64,000 nucleotides of DNA from the human T2T-CHM13v2.0 reference genome, Homo sapiens. This document shows positions 62,026 through 64,000 of the stretch, in pieces. Positions within the stretch are counted from its first letter, which is position 1; each line of letters starts with the position of its first letter. The notes below the pieces were generated by a model, which worked only from the letters and a program-made list of their open reading frames with translations, was not told the DNA's origin and searched no databases. Both the position numbers and the translations under genes were made by a program. The stretch lies in NCBI RefSeq assembly GCF_009914755.1, contig NC_060927.1; one strand, given 5' to 3'.

Positions 62026-62508
62026 AAAAGTGTAGAATTTTTTTAAGTAAATTTGCTTACTTAGAATAAACATACAAAAAGGGCATAAAACATGTATACA
62101 GTTCAATGAATATTCATAAAGTAAAAATACCTAATCATCACCCAGATGAAGAAACAGAACATTTGGATGTATAGTTCTTCCTATTAACCTGCCTGAGACT
62201 TACTGGTCTTCTTGAATCTGTGAATTGGTGATTTTTTCTGGAAAGTTCTCAGCCAGTTTTTAAATATTGCTTCTGCCTCATTTTCATTTTTTTTTTTTCC
62301 CACCTGGAACTCCGTCACTTTACGTTGGATCTCTTCATTCTACTCTCCATGTCTCTCAGCCACTTGCTTTACATTATCACTGTTTATCTTGCTGGGCTGC
62401 ATTTTGGAAAACTTCAGATCTAGCTTCCCATTCACTAATTGTCTCTTCACCTTTGTCTAATTCACAGATACAAGGTTTTTAATTGCCATAATACACTATA
62501 GTGCTATA

Positions 62509-62840
62509 TAGTCACTCCTTATCTATGGGGGGATGTTCCAAGACCTCCAACCCCAGTGGATGCCCGAAATGGTGGCGAGTACTGAACCCTATATATGCTG
62601 TGTTTCCCCTTTACATACATACCTATGATAAAGTTTAATTTATAAATTAGGCACAGTAACAAATTAACAATAACTAATGAGAAAACAATTATAACAATAC
62701 ACAGTAATAAAAGTTATGTGAATGTGGTCTCTCTCAAAGTATCTTATTGCATGTGATAGTTTCGGACATGGTTGACCACAGGTAGCTGAAACCACAGAAA
62801 GGGAAATTGGAGATGCCAGGGGTGGGGGCCAGACTACTGT
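62509..62840. mobile_element. MER44-like TcMar-Tigger remnant
   Basis: ccttatctatggggggatgttccaagacc...catacatacctatgataaagtttaatttataaattaggcacagtaa...gactactg. Confidence 0.7.
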
Positions 62841-63942
62841 ATTTTTTATTTCCAGAATACTGGTTTGGTTCTTTTGCAAATCTGCTCCTATGTTCACATC
62901 TTTTAGTTCTTAAGTAATTTTTAAACATACCTAAATTCCATGGCTGATAATTCTGATGTCTGAAGTCTTCATAAGTCTGGTTCTACCATGTGATTTTCGA
63001 TGTTGGTTATTTTGCACCTGAGGCTCTGTTACCTTGTGTGTCTGATGAGCTTTTCTGCAACCTGTTCGTTTCTCTTTTCTATTTTAAAAATAACTTAAAG
63101 CTCTTGGCTCAAAATGTATTGCTCCCTTCCTTTGATGCTCATTTCCCAGCAAGCTATCGTCCTACATGGGGCCAGACTCCTAGTCGCACTGTGGGGAGGG
63201 ACAGGTGCTGTGCCCATCATACTCAGCAGCGGTGAGGCAGTACATCATGAAGTGGCCCAGGTCATGTTTGGGGATGATCCTTGAGGGTCATTGTCCATCC
63301 AGGGTCACTGAGTAGGCCCTAAGATTCTCATATGTCTTGAAACTTTATCAGGGAGAATTCTTTGAGAGCTGATATGAATAAAGCTTTGTCCAGGTAGGAT
63401 CTACATTTTCTTCTATCAAGTGTTTGAGACTTCCAACATTCTGGGACCAGTGGGACCACTTAAATTCTTGGATTCTCATGTACAAAAACCCACATGAAGG
63501 TTGGCTCAGTTCTCAAGGAAGACCTTTTTTTCAGTCCAGTAAGTGGCAAGGTTTAACTTTTGTATGGGATGCCAGGAGGGCAGATTTGCTATTAGTTCAC
63601 AGAGGGTGTCACCCTTTGGGGCCCCAGCTTTACGGAGAGTTCTATTAGGGCCCTCATTTTGCAAAGGTTTTGGTTTGTCTTGAGCCCAGGCATCGAGAAC
63701 CCCAAAAAACAATGTTCAGTTTCACCTGGTTTGTCAAATACCCTCAAGGCAAAGGTCAGACTTTGGCATTCTGCTACCTCTTTTACATTCTGCCAAAGTA
63801 TTCCTTATTTTCTTGCCAGCTCATTGCTGTATTTTTAAAATATTTGTTGCTATTCTTTATTTACCTAGTATTTTTAGCTGTTTGCATAGAGAGGATCAGA
63901 TCAGGTAACTATTCCACCATGAAACTAGAAACAGAAGTGGCT

Positions 63943-64000
63943 GGCCGGCTGGGTGCAGTGGCTCATGCCTGTAATCCCAGCACTCTGGGAGGCTGAGGCA
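63943..64000 (+). mobile_element. Alu 5' end (runs off the window)
   Basis: ggctgggtgcagtggctcatgcctgtaatcccagcac. Confidence 0.9.

Overview
Primate (almost certainly human, 3p21.31) genomic DNA with two divergently transcribed, intron-containing genes. (1) MYL3, the ventricular/slow-skeletal essential myosin light chain, is on the - strand: CDS join 7788-7660, 5385-5358, 5223-5074, 4046-3873, 2859-2782, 2670-2642 = 588 nt/195 aa, plus a non-coding last exon ending near 2270. (2) PTH1R, a class B1 GPCR, is on the + strand: 14 coding exons from ATG 27958 to TGA 48047 = 1782 nt/593 aa. It has untranslated exons U1 (ending 22241), U2 (25460-25516) and U3 (ending 26862), and a CpG-island P2/P3 promoter carrying an (AAAG)n repeat. 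All exon boundaries were read as GT-AG and both CDSs join in frame. The rest is intergenic or intronic DNA with Alu, L1, L2, MIR, MER44-like, MER102-like and MLT1-like elements and several simple or cryptic repeats. Most ORFs in the supplied track are spurious. I found no convincing new protein-coding gene or new system. The most interesting unexplained structures are regulatory: uORFs from three alternative PTH1R leaders that end at one in-frame TAG 9 nt before the start codon; an exonised MIR forming exon U2; a perfect 20-bp palindrome in a MEF2/GATA/ERR motif cluster in MYL3 intron 1; a PTH1R 3' end with no AAUAAA; and a cryptic, probably L2-derived tandem array.
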